Part shown: in pieces, positions 38,470 to 50,300 of the stretch
Layout: every line of letters begins with the position of its first letter
How positions within the stretch are numbered: position 1 is the first letter of the stretch
NCBI GenBank assembly: GCA_002633005.1
Contig: NMRA01000511.1
Location: 154,084-218,083 of the forward strand
Length of the DNA: 64,000 bases
Direction: 5' to 3'
Source: Phoronis australis
Taxonomy: Eukaryota; Animalia; Phoronida
Program-made: the position numbers and the translations under genes
Notes under the pieces: generated by a model
Database searches by the model: none
Told to the model about the DNA's origin: nothing
The model's input: only the letters and a program-made list of their open reading frames with translations

Positions 38470-40189
38470 GTATAAGAGGGGTATATTGAGCGGGGTAAAA
38501 ATTAATATTGGTAAAAATTAATAATGTGAACGTCTTGTTAAAAACTCTAGTTCTGCGACGTGTCAAGTTGTTTTACAACAGAGCCTATAACACAACATTT
38601 TAAACTGTGAGACCATGTCGTTTCAAACTGCACAAATTACCAGTTTGCCACGCTAAGATGAATTAGGTACTAGGGCAAGTAATTCCAGGAAGTGGTTATC
38701 TCGTTCTGGTAATACTAGATAGTTAAAGAAAAGTAGCGTATCACTGAAGTAATTTTCCTTGAGACACCTCAGCACCCCTTATATGCTTATATGTAAAAAA
38801 AGACTGCATATTAATGCAATTCCAATCACGTTTCGGGAAATTGGGTCTTTGCAAATGCATACGTCGACCTCCGGCTTCGGCCGCCCAAGCAGTGGTGTTC
38901 ACAGGCACGCGCGGGTAACCGATGTACATGTATACACTACAGTTGTATGTGTGCGAACACGCACATGTACACAAACATGTACAATACCATTGGTCAACTG
39001 TTGCACACAATGACACGACTTCGCATGCACTGCACGCATATTGCTCATCGATTTCCATGGGTTTCTATTACTTTTTTCTATTTTGTGCTAAAGTGTTTCA
39101 CACGAACACATGCCTCAAATCTTTTTATTAGAATAAATCAAGTGGCGTAGGGTGAAGGAATTTTAAGACCCATACTAAAAATTTTGGGAACGCAGTGATG
39201 TAATGGCTCGCCGTAGAGCGGGCCCACTTGACACCTGATCGTCTTGTCGGAACTGAAAAATAGGTACTATACAATTATAGCGACGAAAAAGTTTAATCAC
39301 TGTATAATACCATTTTCTATACTTTATGCATTTCAATGATCTGGTCTTTTCGACTGAGCCGCAAAATCTCCCAGGCCCTACAGCACTCCGTGATATTGCA
39401 GCCAAAGGATCAGGAATTTTTTCCTTGCAATAGCTTACATGACCGTTTAAGCAGAAGACCATTGAACGCCGATATACTAGCTCACGTGGTTCAAGAAGCC
39501 ATCAAGGGTGTTTCCGGACAACGAAATGACCATATTTTAATCTTCTTTTTTGTTTGTCTACCAAAACAAAGTGATGAAGATGCTTTTAAAGACTGATTCT
39601 TTATAAACCTGTGCCCCTTTGTTTTTGTCGAAATGTGAAGATCTCTTGTTTTCGTACACATCGAGGAATGTCAACTACAACTCCTTCTGCACGTGAAACG
39701 CTTGAAACAGCCGTGGCGCCTCCTGGCTACCCATAAACCTTCTTTTGCACGAAAGCCATCATTAAATATGTCCTCTTCCAGCATGCCACAGGTACTAGCC
39801 AGGTCTGATCGCTGCCGTTGTTGCTAAGAGTTACACAGATTTAAACTTGTATTTATTTTCCAATTCCTTGTTATTTAAAAATAATTTCATCGGTTTTCAG
39901 TTATGTTTCCGATTTCTATTGAACTGTTGATACTTGTTTTATTTTGAAGTATTGTTAGTCTTTGAATTACAATTTGTTCTAATCTTGCCCAATAAAACAC
40001 GCTTCATCAATATGGCTCTTCTTTCTCAGAGCAATGAATCCCACTTCGGTTCAAATATCACCGAAAAATAAAGAAGTTTCCATAAAAGGTGTTGCTGAAT
40101 CAATGGGAGCACTGCGTGGCAGGACTAAGTCAGTATCATGTTGCTGGCCAATGTTGGCTCACGGACGAACATTAGCCCTTCGGTTCACT

Positions 40190-41477
40190 GGATCGTTCAA
40201 TAAGTTCTCGGCCTCACCAAGAAAACAGAGACACAGGTTAATGTTTTCATCCCATAATAAAATTTCAGCTTTTATAACCGTACTACGGTCATGTTGAGTT
40301 AGTACGGTCAACTGCCGCTAGGTAGCGCTGTTTCAAAATAGCAGACGACAACACATTAGCAGCATGGAGATAACGGAAACGAGAGCCGTCATAAAGTATA
40401 TGGGTAAAAAGGGAATGAAACCAAAAGATATTCATGAAGAGATGCGAAAAACACTCGGAACAGACTCCCCGAGTTCCGCAGTAAAAAAGTAGTCAGCTTG
40501 TTTCAAGAGAGTTAGAGAAAGCGTTGAAAATGACCCTCGTGCAGGACGTCCCAAATTATCGACCTCCAGCGAAAATGTGCAGAAAATTCATGCAATAGTT
40601 GTGAAAGACTGGCGAATGACTGTTCAACATTTGGTAAACACTGTTGGTATCAGCAATGGGCCCGTCTCTAAAATTTTGAGTAAAGATTTGGGTATGAGTA
40701 AGCAGAGTGCACGATGGGTGCCAAGAATGTTAACTCAGGATTAGAAAATGAGCAGAATGCAAATTTCAAAGGAACTTCTAGAAAGATCCCAAGCAGATCC
40801 AGCCAAATTTTCCAGAAGACTTGTAACCCAGGATGAGACACGGGTCCAACACTTTGACCCGAAATCAAAACAACAAAGTAAATAATGGTAGCACGTGGGT
40901 TCCCCAAGCCCGAGAAAATTCAAGTCGGGTGCTTCTGCGAGCAAAGTTATGGCCTCTGTGTTCTGGGACAGCGAAGATATTCTGATGATCGACTACTTGC
41001 AACGAGGACACACTGTTACTGGGCATTACTATGCATCATTTTTGGAAAAAACTCAAAAAATCAATTAAGGAAAAGAGATGCGGGAAGTTTCGGGATGGAG
41101 CGCTGTTGCTTCAAGACAACGCACCTGCCCATACTGCCCAAGTTGCGGTTGCTGAAGCAACTAGATGTGGCTTTGAAATCCTTCCGCATCCCGCCTATTC
41201 TCCAAACCTGGCCCCGTCTGATTTTTATTTGTTTCCATATTTGAAGGCCTACCTTCGTGGACGCCAATACCTAAGCGATGATGACGTCATGAGTGCAGTG
41301 GAGGAATATTTTAAGGGGTTCGACAAAAGTTTCTTTTACGAAGGCATTACAAAACTGGAGCACAGATGGAAGAAATGCATTGATGTAACTGGAGATTATA
41401 TTGAAAAATAAAAGTCAAAATTGGTTGCTATCGCGTTGTTTTCTGGGTGAGGCCGAGAACTTATTGAACCACCCTCG
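40190..41477 (+). mobile_element. Mariner (DD34D) transposon, near full length, inactive; irritans-like
   Basis: TIR GTTCAATAAGTTCTCGGCCTCACC.AGAAAACA (about 40195-40227) inverted at about 41437-41469; right end CCCTCG plus TA; outermost bases of the left TIR lost. Confidence 0.93.
40364..41411 (+). pseudogene. Mariner transposase pseudogene
   Basis: MEITETRAVIKY..GRPK..ARWVPRML..LVTQDET..KVMASVFWD..QDNAPAH..HPAYSPNLAPSDFYLF; several in-frame stops and a frameshift near 41040-41055. Confidence 0.93.
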
Positions 41478-41489
41478 TAGTTAAAGATA

Positions 41490-42170
41490 GACTGGTGTTT
41501 TTGTTGCATATTCCAACTTCATAATATTAGGTCTAAAGGGAGACCTTCCGGATATATTTAAAAGAAAACAATTTTAATTCCTTTAAAGTTGTCTCATCGA
41601 AATTTCCTTACCTTTATATCTTTTTCTTCAAATCAATTGAATAGTTAAATTTATCGATGATTCTTCAATTATTTTATTTGCATAAAAAGCGGAAGTTGAA
41701 GCAAAGTGTTAATCGGCATTTAATTCCCTGCTTACAGATGGCTGGTGGAATGAAGCTAAAATTTGCTCTGTCAAATTTAGTTGAAATGTTTTCAAATCCA
41801 TTTGAAAAAACAAATTTTATGCTTAATACTTTTTATGTAAAGTTGAATTCATAGATTCCCAAATTCGTTGCTTTTGTGGAAAAGAACCAGAGAATATTAA
41901 CCATCTGTGCTGGTGTTGTGAATTTGTACATCCCTTTTGGTCTACGTTGTTTCAGTGGTTAATTAAGGAAAAAGTGAATTTATCCATAAATTTCTCATGT
42001 CAGGATGTCATCTTTGGCAATTTTTCAGAATCAAGTGTACTGAAATAAATATTAATTCTTGGTTAATATCATTTATATGACCGGAGATTAATGAGGCTTA
42101 AGCTGTGTGTGGAATATTTAAGACAACTAGCTGTTGCCATTGTGAATAAACTGAGCTTCGAGGAATACAT
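41490..42170 (+). mobile_element. Degenerate L1/Tx1-type LINE 3' fragment
   Basis: Near 41865-41960 CFCGKEPENINHLCWCCEFVHPFW, a zf-RVT-like motif. Confidence 0.65.
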
Positions 42171-43556
42171 GAAAGCAACGCTAAGACATTCCGCTCAGGG
42201 TCCATGCTCGTCTGTCCGCAAGCTGAGTTACCGTACATGTAGGCCTACCTCTGTTACGGACGGCTACACGACGAGGACGCAGTGTCTCAGGTGTTTACAT
42301 GTACCTTTCAGCTTTCCGTTTGATTTTGAGCAGTGATAAGAGGAATGTACTTGAGAATATCAGGTTATTTCAACCTCTGCATTTTTATAATTCAATTACA
42401 AACCGGGCACCAGCGTCTTAATTTACCTAATACTCTTGTGAAGTGAGTTTAGTGCGAAATGAACAATAACAGTGGGCGTGGATTGCCAGTCGCGCCGAGA
42501 AATTGATATTTCACTCATTAATTTGACTGGTGATCGATGAAAACAAAGGGTGGCTATAGAGATAGGTCAAGCGTTGATTATTTGTTATGCATGCATCAAC
42601 CCGTTGACCTAAATAAATAAACTGCTCCATTGAATCTAATCGTTGTACTCGCCTCCGGGAACTGGACTGTTTACAGTTCAAGAGAGAAAAACGTTTATTA
42701 ACTTACATGTACAATATATTATACAGCGGGAGAACGTGCATACTGAACTCTAAGGAGATAATGTGTTCCCAAATCTCATTTCCAAGGGGAGTCAGTCGTT
42801 TGTCTTGCCTTAGCGACCAATCTCTCCACAAACTACCATTTTTTGGAGTAGAAAACTGCAAGTAAAGGCCCCCGTGACACCCTGCACCTCTAGGACCCTG
42901 GCTTATCATCCGGACCATTCCCAACTACATGCAAATTCTTGATAAAACTGAGCTAAACGGGTAGTCCTAGTCGGTCAAAAACATGCACACCGTTTAGAGG
43001 GTTTCACTCAAAACACTTTTCGTTCTGTTTCCAGTCAATTTCAATCCGACGTGTCATGACGCAGTGAGACTGTGACCTCGGCGTGATAAGACATTGAGTT
43101 GTAAAAAACGATATTTCCGAGTTGTGTGTGTTCTAATCTGTTCCGGTATTGTCCCCTTGGCAGCAATTTTCCTCTTCGACTGGGTTCGAATAACCCGACA
43201 CTCGCTTGGAGTGGGTACGCATTTGCATTATTTTGATCGCTGCGACTCATGGCAATAGCATCGTTCTGCATTGGACCCTTACTCTTTGTATGCTCGTGTG
43301 CCCCCCCCGGCAGGTGACTTGAGGGCCCACGTTTTAACACGCCCATGTTACCGTTGTACGAACACGGAATTAATTTCGTGTAATATTTAAATTGATGTGA
43401 CTTACTAAATCTCGCAGCTGCACCTGTAACTTACCCGCGTACCGGTATATCACCCATTAAACATTTCATCTGACTCCCAACAACACATTTGAGTGACGAT
43501 TGAACAAAGCGCACCTAATGTTTTATTATGAGGTCTCGGCTATGAGGAGTGTAATG

Positions 43557-43734
43557 CAGTGCTGTGGTGGTAAAATTAGAGGTAAGTAGGCGCCCAGTGC
43601 CCACCGTATCACCTTGAGCACTGAACTTTAAAAGTGCACTATAACGTAACTTACGGTGCGTAGGCGCTACGTTTAAATGCCAAAAGGTGGTTGGTTGCGC
43701 CTACCACGTGCTCCTACGCCCCACTACAGCATTG
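43557..43734. mobile_element. hAT-type MITE
   Basis: TIR CAGTGCTGTGGTGG / CCACTACAGCATTG (12/14); 8-bp TSD GTGTAATG / GTGAAATG (7/8); internal TAGGCGC / GCGCCTA inverted motifs. Confidence 0.7.
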
Positions 43735-43874
43735 GTGAAATGATGACAATAGGATTGATGGATTGCATTGTGATTGCTTTTCACTCAAATGCGGGAGAAT
43801 GTATTGATCTTCAAACTCTGATCCATTCAAGTTGGTCGTGTTGATTTACAGTGGCGGTTTAGTACCGGTACGTA

Positions 43875-44309
43875 ATGAATATTGAAGAATTTTTCGAAGC
43901 AACAGGACTTGGGAAATTTCAGAAACTGCATTACAGCTTGTTGTCACTGAGTGGGCTTCTCTGTGCACTTTCCACAATGTGTTACGTCTTCGTGGCCGCC
44001 GTTCCCGACTACTGGTGCGCTTCGCCGGTGATGTTTATGAACTTAACCGTCCACGATAGAAAAGCTTTAACCATACCGTTCGATGGTTTGAAGGAATACA
44101 GCAAATGTACCATGTTTGACTGGTCCGGAATAAACGACGTAAACAGTCGAAATGCCTCTGTCACCGAGTACAATACATTTTTGTTCGTGAGAAACCGGAC
44201 AGTGGACGATACGTTGCGATACTCGGTAAACGTCTCGTCGCTACCGGTCAAAAATTGTTCATCGTGGGAATACGACAGATCTCAGTACGACAACACCGTT
44301 GTCATGGAG
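43875..44309 (+). CDS. SLC22 coding exon 1 (TM1 and large extracellular loop)
   Basis: MNIEEF..GKFQ..PDYWC..C..C..WEYD; acceptor AG at 43850-43851 upstream of the ATG; donor GTAAGG at 44310. Confidence 0.9.
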
Positions 44310-47300
44310 GTAAGGTCACGAGTGAAAGCGCAGGGCGCGCACACAAGGTTAGGCTAGGTTGAGTTGGCTTCAGGTGTGTGTTCGTAGCTATAAGTTCACA
44401 TGTAGGACTTTCTGAATATGTTCGGTCAATTGCCCGGATGTGTGTCTTATATGGCAATAGTAATACTATCAGACAGTCAAACAAAACGCCGACATTGGCA
44501 AGATGCTTGGCCCTATTGGCTTGTGGAACGGAAATAGAGAGGTGACTAACAATTCCCCTTATAAATACAACCCATTTCCGGTTCATTGGGAAAGATTTCC
44601 ATTTTAATTTGCTCGTCATTATCATTACCTGTGATATATGTGTCTTTCACATAATTTCTTAGCAACACCACAATGATTGTACATTGTTTTCCTCTTTTTA
44701 TTTGAAATATTTATGCTTAGATAAATTGCTGTTTTTAATCTGATCATTATCATTTTCATTATCATTTTGTATACAATTTCTAGCTTTCCCATTACCAAAG
44801 AAATTGTACTTCATTACCATTGTATCCTCATGTACATTTCATTGTTTATACCACTGTACATTACCATGACTGCTGTATGTGTTTTTGTGAGGACCAATTG
44901 AAATAAAACCTTTTTGTTTAAGATGTTGTATATTTTACTTTATCCTCAATAGATATTGTTTACACAACTGAAATTGGTATTCGCTTTAACAAAAGTCTTT
45001 GCCTTCACGAGTGACAAGATGATGACGCATTCAGCGACTTTTTTGTTACAGTGGGATCTCGTTTGTGGCAAAGAGTGGATAATTGCTTCCATAGGCGCTG
45101 GCATGGGAATTGGGAAGCTGGTCTGTTCTTTCGTCGTCGGTGTGTTGAGTGACAGGTAAACACAGCGCTGGAGATTTTTGTCGCTTTAGATGTTGGCAAA
45201 TTTAATTCTAACTTCTACACGTAGTCTTACCTTGCACTACTCCCTTGAAACCGATAACGTGGCAACGATCGAAAATATCCAAAGCACGCCTTCGATGGAA
45301 CGCGCGATGACCATGGTGAAGGTTTGGAAACTAGGATTGCTTAGCACTAAAAACATCAAAATTTACAACAGCATCACTTTCATGTTGTTTTTAAATCAAC
45401 AACCGTGGTAAAATTTAGATTATATTCGCAATTTTCGAATAATGCTTGAAGCTATATTTAGCCAAAAAGCGAAGTTTAAATTGCTCTTCTGAAAATTGCC
45501 ACAAGACGAAAGGAATAGAGCAAAACTCCACGGTCTTAGGTCATATACTGGATTTGTAATAAACATGTCAATAAGACAATAAAGCCTGTTTTTTATGGGC
45601 GCTGTTTTGCAGTTTGGTTTACATTCACACTTGTTGTGGTCGTGACTAGTGAATATAATCATTATGTCGCAGCGAGGTTCACGAATGTCGAAACGGGGAG
45701 TGACGCAGTGAATCGTGAAATGACAATCACTTGTACGACATTCTTCCTGCACTTACATGTATACATTTTGTTTGCTTCATTGAGAAGCGTGCGCCGTAAC
45801 AACTTCTTCCCACCTCCTTTATGAGAGGAGGGTACTTAGCACTATTTGATCAAAGATTGTTGTGGCATTACAGACTGTAGCTGGAAAGTTAGAAATATTA
45901 AAGCGCTTTTCGAACATGAAGCTTTTCACACGCTAAGTGACTGACTGCCACAGTTTTTTCGAAAATACTCTCCCTGTCACGCGATTTAGTTGTGCACAAA
46001 ACATATCTTCGAATCTTGCCGTAATGGACGGCAACTTGTGTATCAGTTTCCTTTCCCCAAATAATGAACCTTGCTTCACGTGTTTATCAGCCATATCATC
46101 GAGAACACTTTGCGATAAGCAAATCTATTATTGCCTACAATCTGTTGTAAAGCCCAGTCCAAAACAGAGGGCGTAACGATAAGGATATTTTGGACCTGGG
46201 CCTCGATATAACAGCTTCAATATTATTTGAACTGCGTGAATTTCTTCATACTTTTTAGTCGATTAGACGTTCTTCACGCCAGATGGCTCTGTGATCAACT
46301 TGCCCACGTGCTTTCCGTAGTGAAGGCTACTTCCGGTCAAAGTGGTTTCCCCAGTCGCATTAAACGTATGGCGTAGCTGTCTTGATGTGAGCAGCCAGCA
46401 ATCGTTTTCTTTCAGATTCGGCCGAAAAAGAACTTTGGTTGGCTTTCTGGTAATGCAATGCCTCTGCGGTGTGTTGAGTGCTGTGTCGGTCAATCCCATC
46501 ATGTTCATTATTTCGTTTGCCTGTTTGGGGGGCACTGCTACTGGTATCTACGCAGCCGCTTTCGTTTTAGGTGAGTCCTCTATTTTAGTGGAATAGAAGT
46601 TACTGTGCCGTACACATGTGAGCACTTACCCAAAATTCGTTGATGCAACACCAGAAATCTTTCTTTGTGCAATAACATTTACACGCTGCTTCGATGTTGA
46701 AAATATGCTGGAAGAATGTTGGAATAAATATTTTTGTTGCAAGTTTTTGAAGTCGAGGTATTATGAAGAAAAAATACTACCAAATATGTAGAGGGAAATC
46801 AGTTTTTTGCAACATTCTGCCAAAATTAAATTAGTCAAATGTGTTCGACCTAGGGTCTGTTTTATGGGAATGACTTGAGACTCGAGACAAAATCCCAGGC
46901 CTTTTAGGCGTTTTTACTTTAAAAAAACGCAATCTTTTGTAGCGTTCAGAAAAAAGGAACTAACATTAACAGTTTCACGCAAAAATTGTGTTACTTGAAA
47001 CTGCTACGATTGCCGTTAAAATCTGGATTTTTTTAAGAAACATAGCAGTCATATGTTTGTGAAATTCTGTGGTCTGTTGATTGCAAACTGACCTAAGACT
47101 TAACATAAAACCAAACATTTGTCTAAGTTAAGACCGAAATTCGGGCTAAGTTCAAGCCGAAGGCCACATTTCATGAATGACCGTTTCATAAACACATAGT
47201 CAGAGTTTTTCCTTGGTCTTAGAAAAAAATTAAGTCGGATTTTGACATAGGTGGGCACACAAACTACGCTTGCGCAACGTGTTGTGAATCCAGAAACTAA

Positions 47301-50300
47301 GCGAAGCGCGTGCGAAAGTGGTTTCAACTATAATCTTGGTCTTGAATTTTTTCTTCAGCAGTTTTCAGTGATAACGGTTCTAAAGTTTGGCCACTGAGAC
47401 CAAAGGCAAGTCTTAAGTCTTAGCTTAGGCCGATTTCGGTCTTAATTTTGTACTAAAAATATCAAGGTCAAGGCTTTGACAAAAAGTTTCTGGAAAGGGG
47501 CAACTGGGAATTATTTGTGTTCAGAAAAAATATTCTGTGATCACTGAGGATAGTTTTTGTAATTAATTTACAAACTTGTTTATGAGATCCAATGATGGTT
47601 ACTGATAATTCAAAGTATGTCACAAACGTGTCCGTGCAGTGAATCAAAACTTACTGATACATGTACTTGTGCACTTGGTTGGTCGTAAGGCAGGCACAGG
47701 AGCACCACTAGCGATTTGGCGGTTGCGGTATGCACTACCTACATGTATTGTTTCGGTACTCGATAATCTATTGCCTGTTGGGAGTCTGAAAAATATGCTG
47801 TGCCAACTAGCAGCAGTTCTTTTACCGTTGCAGGCTTAGAGATTGTTGGAGTGAAATACAGGGGTATGGCAGGTCTTGGAGTATACTTAGCGTGGAGTGT
47901 TGGATATCTGTTAGTAGTTTTGGTTGCCTATTTCATCAGGAACTGGGTAACACTGCAATTGTCGCTCCACCTTCCGATGCTAATACTCGTCGTTCTTTAC
48001 GCATGGTGTGTAAATATTAGTATTTTGTAAACGGTGTCAAATCGTGAACTGGATTTTTTTCAGTTCAATGGTTTCTACTGAAAAAGAAAACATGTGCAAT
48101 ACGATACAAATGTCTTCGGCATTGTTATGGATACACGCAATGGCGTAGATAAGGCCGCTAAAGATAAACTGGGCCAGAGCAAAAACCTCTCCTCTCCAAT
48201 CAAAACTTAGTCATTTATTGCGATAAATTTTGAATACCTTTGTAGTTAAATGATAGCGGTTTTAGTTATCTTTTAATGAAGCGAGTTATCAGTCGCATGA
48301 TCACGCAATTGGACAATGGGCCAAATGAAACTGACTGACTAGTGGACTAACCTCTCTTATTAACAGCTTGGAATTGGAGATTTGGGATTTTGAAGCACGT
48401 GACGAGGGAAGCCGACTAAAACACAGTACATCCTTTTTGGCGAATAAATATCACACGATAACTGCAATACAATAGAATCACAAGAAAATGCGCTGTAAAT
48501 AACTGTGAAGTGGAGAAACTTTTTTTTGAGTTTTAAAAAGTGATCTTGTGTCAGGTTGACGCCCGAGTCTCCAAGATGGCTCCTTCAGCATCACCGTGTT
48601 GAAGACGCAATTGCCGTATTAAAAAGAATTGCCTGGATGAACAACGTTGAATGGAACACACAGATGGAACAAATGGTGGTCACGTGCAAGCAAGCTGATG
48701 AACAAATTGTGAGTTACATACATGTAAGCTGTTCTCTCGTAAATTTCCAACCCCTATAAGTGAATGTGGTTGAAGCGTAATGTCTCAATGTTTGGTGGCT
48801 TCATTTACGTAATACTACTGTCCGCAATCTGAACTCCGAACTCGAATTCGAACTCCACAGTTTTGGAAGGTGTACTTTCATTTAATGAGCTCAAATCAAA
48901 ATACGTCAAAAAGCAATTGGAGTGCAGACCCTTGATTTCAGAGACCAGTTTCACGAAACTTTTCGAAAACTGTATAAGCTACGACCCAAACATAGCATGC
49001 TCCGGAGTAAACTTAAGGCTGGACTTTTGGTATCAATGGACAAATTTGCTACTATCGTGACTTCATGATGAAAAAATTTTGTTGAGGCTTTTCACAAATC
49101 AATGTCCCTAAACAACGTCTAATTGAGGTACGCCTGCTTCCTCTTGTAGAACCGGCCAGCCACCAGGGCGACTCAGTATACCTTCAAATGTGAAATGATA
49201 TTTTTAGCCATACCAGGGCATTCTCACGTAAACAATATCGCAATCATATCCAAATTGTTAAAAATAAATTCCCGTTTAGAGTTCCAAGACCAACTATTTT
49301 TCGTCAAACGGAATTTCACTCACTGCGACGCTTAGATTTGTAAATTCGCAACAGGTGGCGAAAGCGTATGCTCACATTTATATGTCAAAAACCTACTAAA
49401 TATCTTAGTTGATACCGAAGGCCAGAAACCGACTATGTGTTCAAGAAATGATCATTCCTGGGGTCAGTGTCACGAAATAGAATTAAGACAGACATTTTCT
49501 CTTACGTTCCCACTTCGCTATAATTGCCAAATATAGGTTTAGCCGTGTAATTTACATGTATAGCAGATCACTGTTTGGAAATAACATGTACGGTACACAT
49601 GTTCTGAGTCAGTGGGTATTGTCCCAAATACTTTATTCTTTTCTAAATTGATTTCTTGTTATATTTCAGAAATAGTAATGGGGAGCATTTTGGTGGTAAG
49701 ACTAAGGTCACTCTGCTCAAAACGGGCCCCCGATTTTATCATTACCACAATATTTCTGGCTACAAACAAAAATCGAATTTGCAGAATCAACTCAAGTCAT
49801 AGATAATCCATACTTGTGCTACTTCCGACGTCCATCTTTAACGTTTGCCAACTCCAAATACATTTCTTAAACTGGTGCTCACGGTTTCCATTTTCTTGTT
49901 AGTTAGAAAAAAAATGTAATCAGCTATCATGAGACCCATTTTATGGCTGTGAAATGTTTAATTCTGTTCTCAATTTTCTAGACAAATAAACAGGGCGAAA
50001 CAGATCTTTGACAGTTTGAAAAAGCGTTGTGAAGAAAATGCCCAAGGTCAACACCTTTACCCAATTATATTAGGTGCAGGTAATATCTGAGGCGTTTTAT
50101 TTCAGAGCAATATCAGTCTACTGATTTCTCTCGTGAAATCAAGAACCATGGCACTCTACACCGTCGTAAACGCGATGCTGTGGTTTGTATCGGAACTTAT
50201 TGTTTCTCATGTTATAAGCCTAAATTCTTATCTTTGAGTTAATGTAGTACATATATGTATCTAGAACAACAACAACATCCTTCGTTGTTCAAACATTTGG

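Noticed and set aside
43155-43215. GGTTCGAAT B-box, possible tRNA or SINE
   Set aside because: No cloverleaf or properly spaced A-box visible.
49982-50046. Alternative SLC22 exon after TTTTCTAG at 49981
   Set aside because: In-frame TGA after 9 codons; 50106-50182 fits phase and family pattern.
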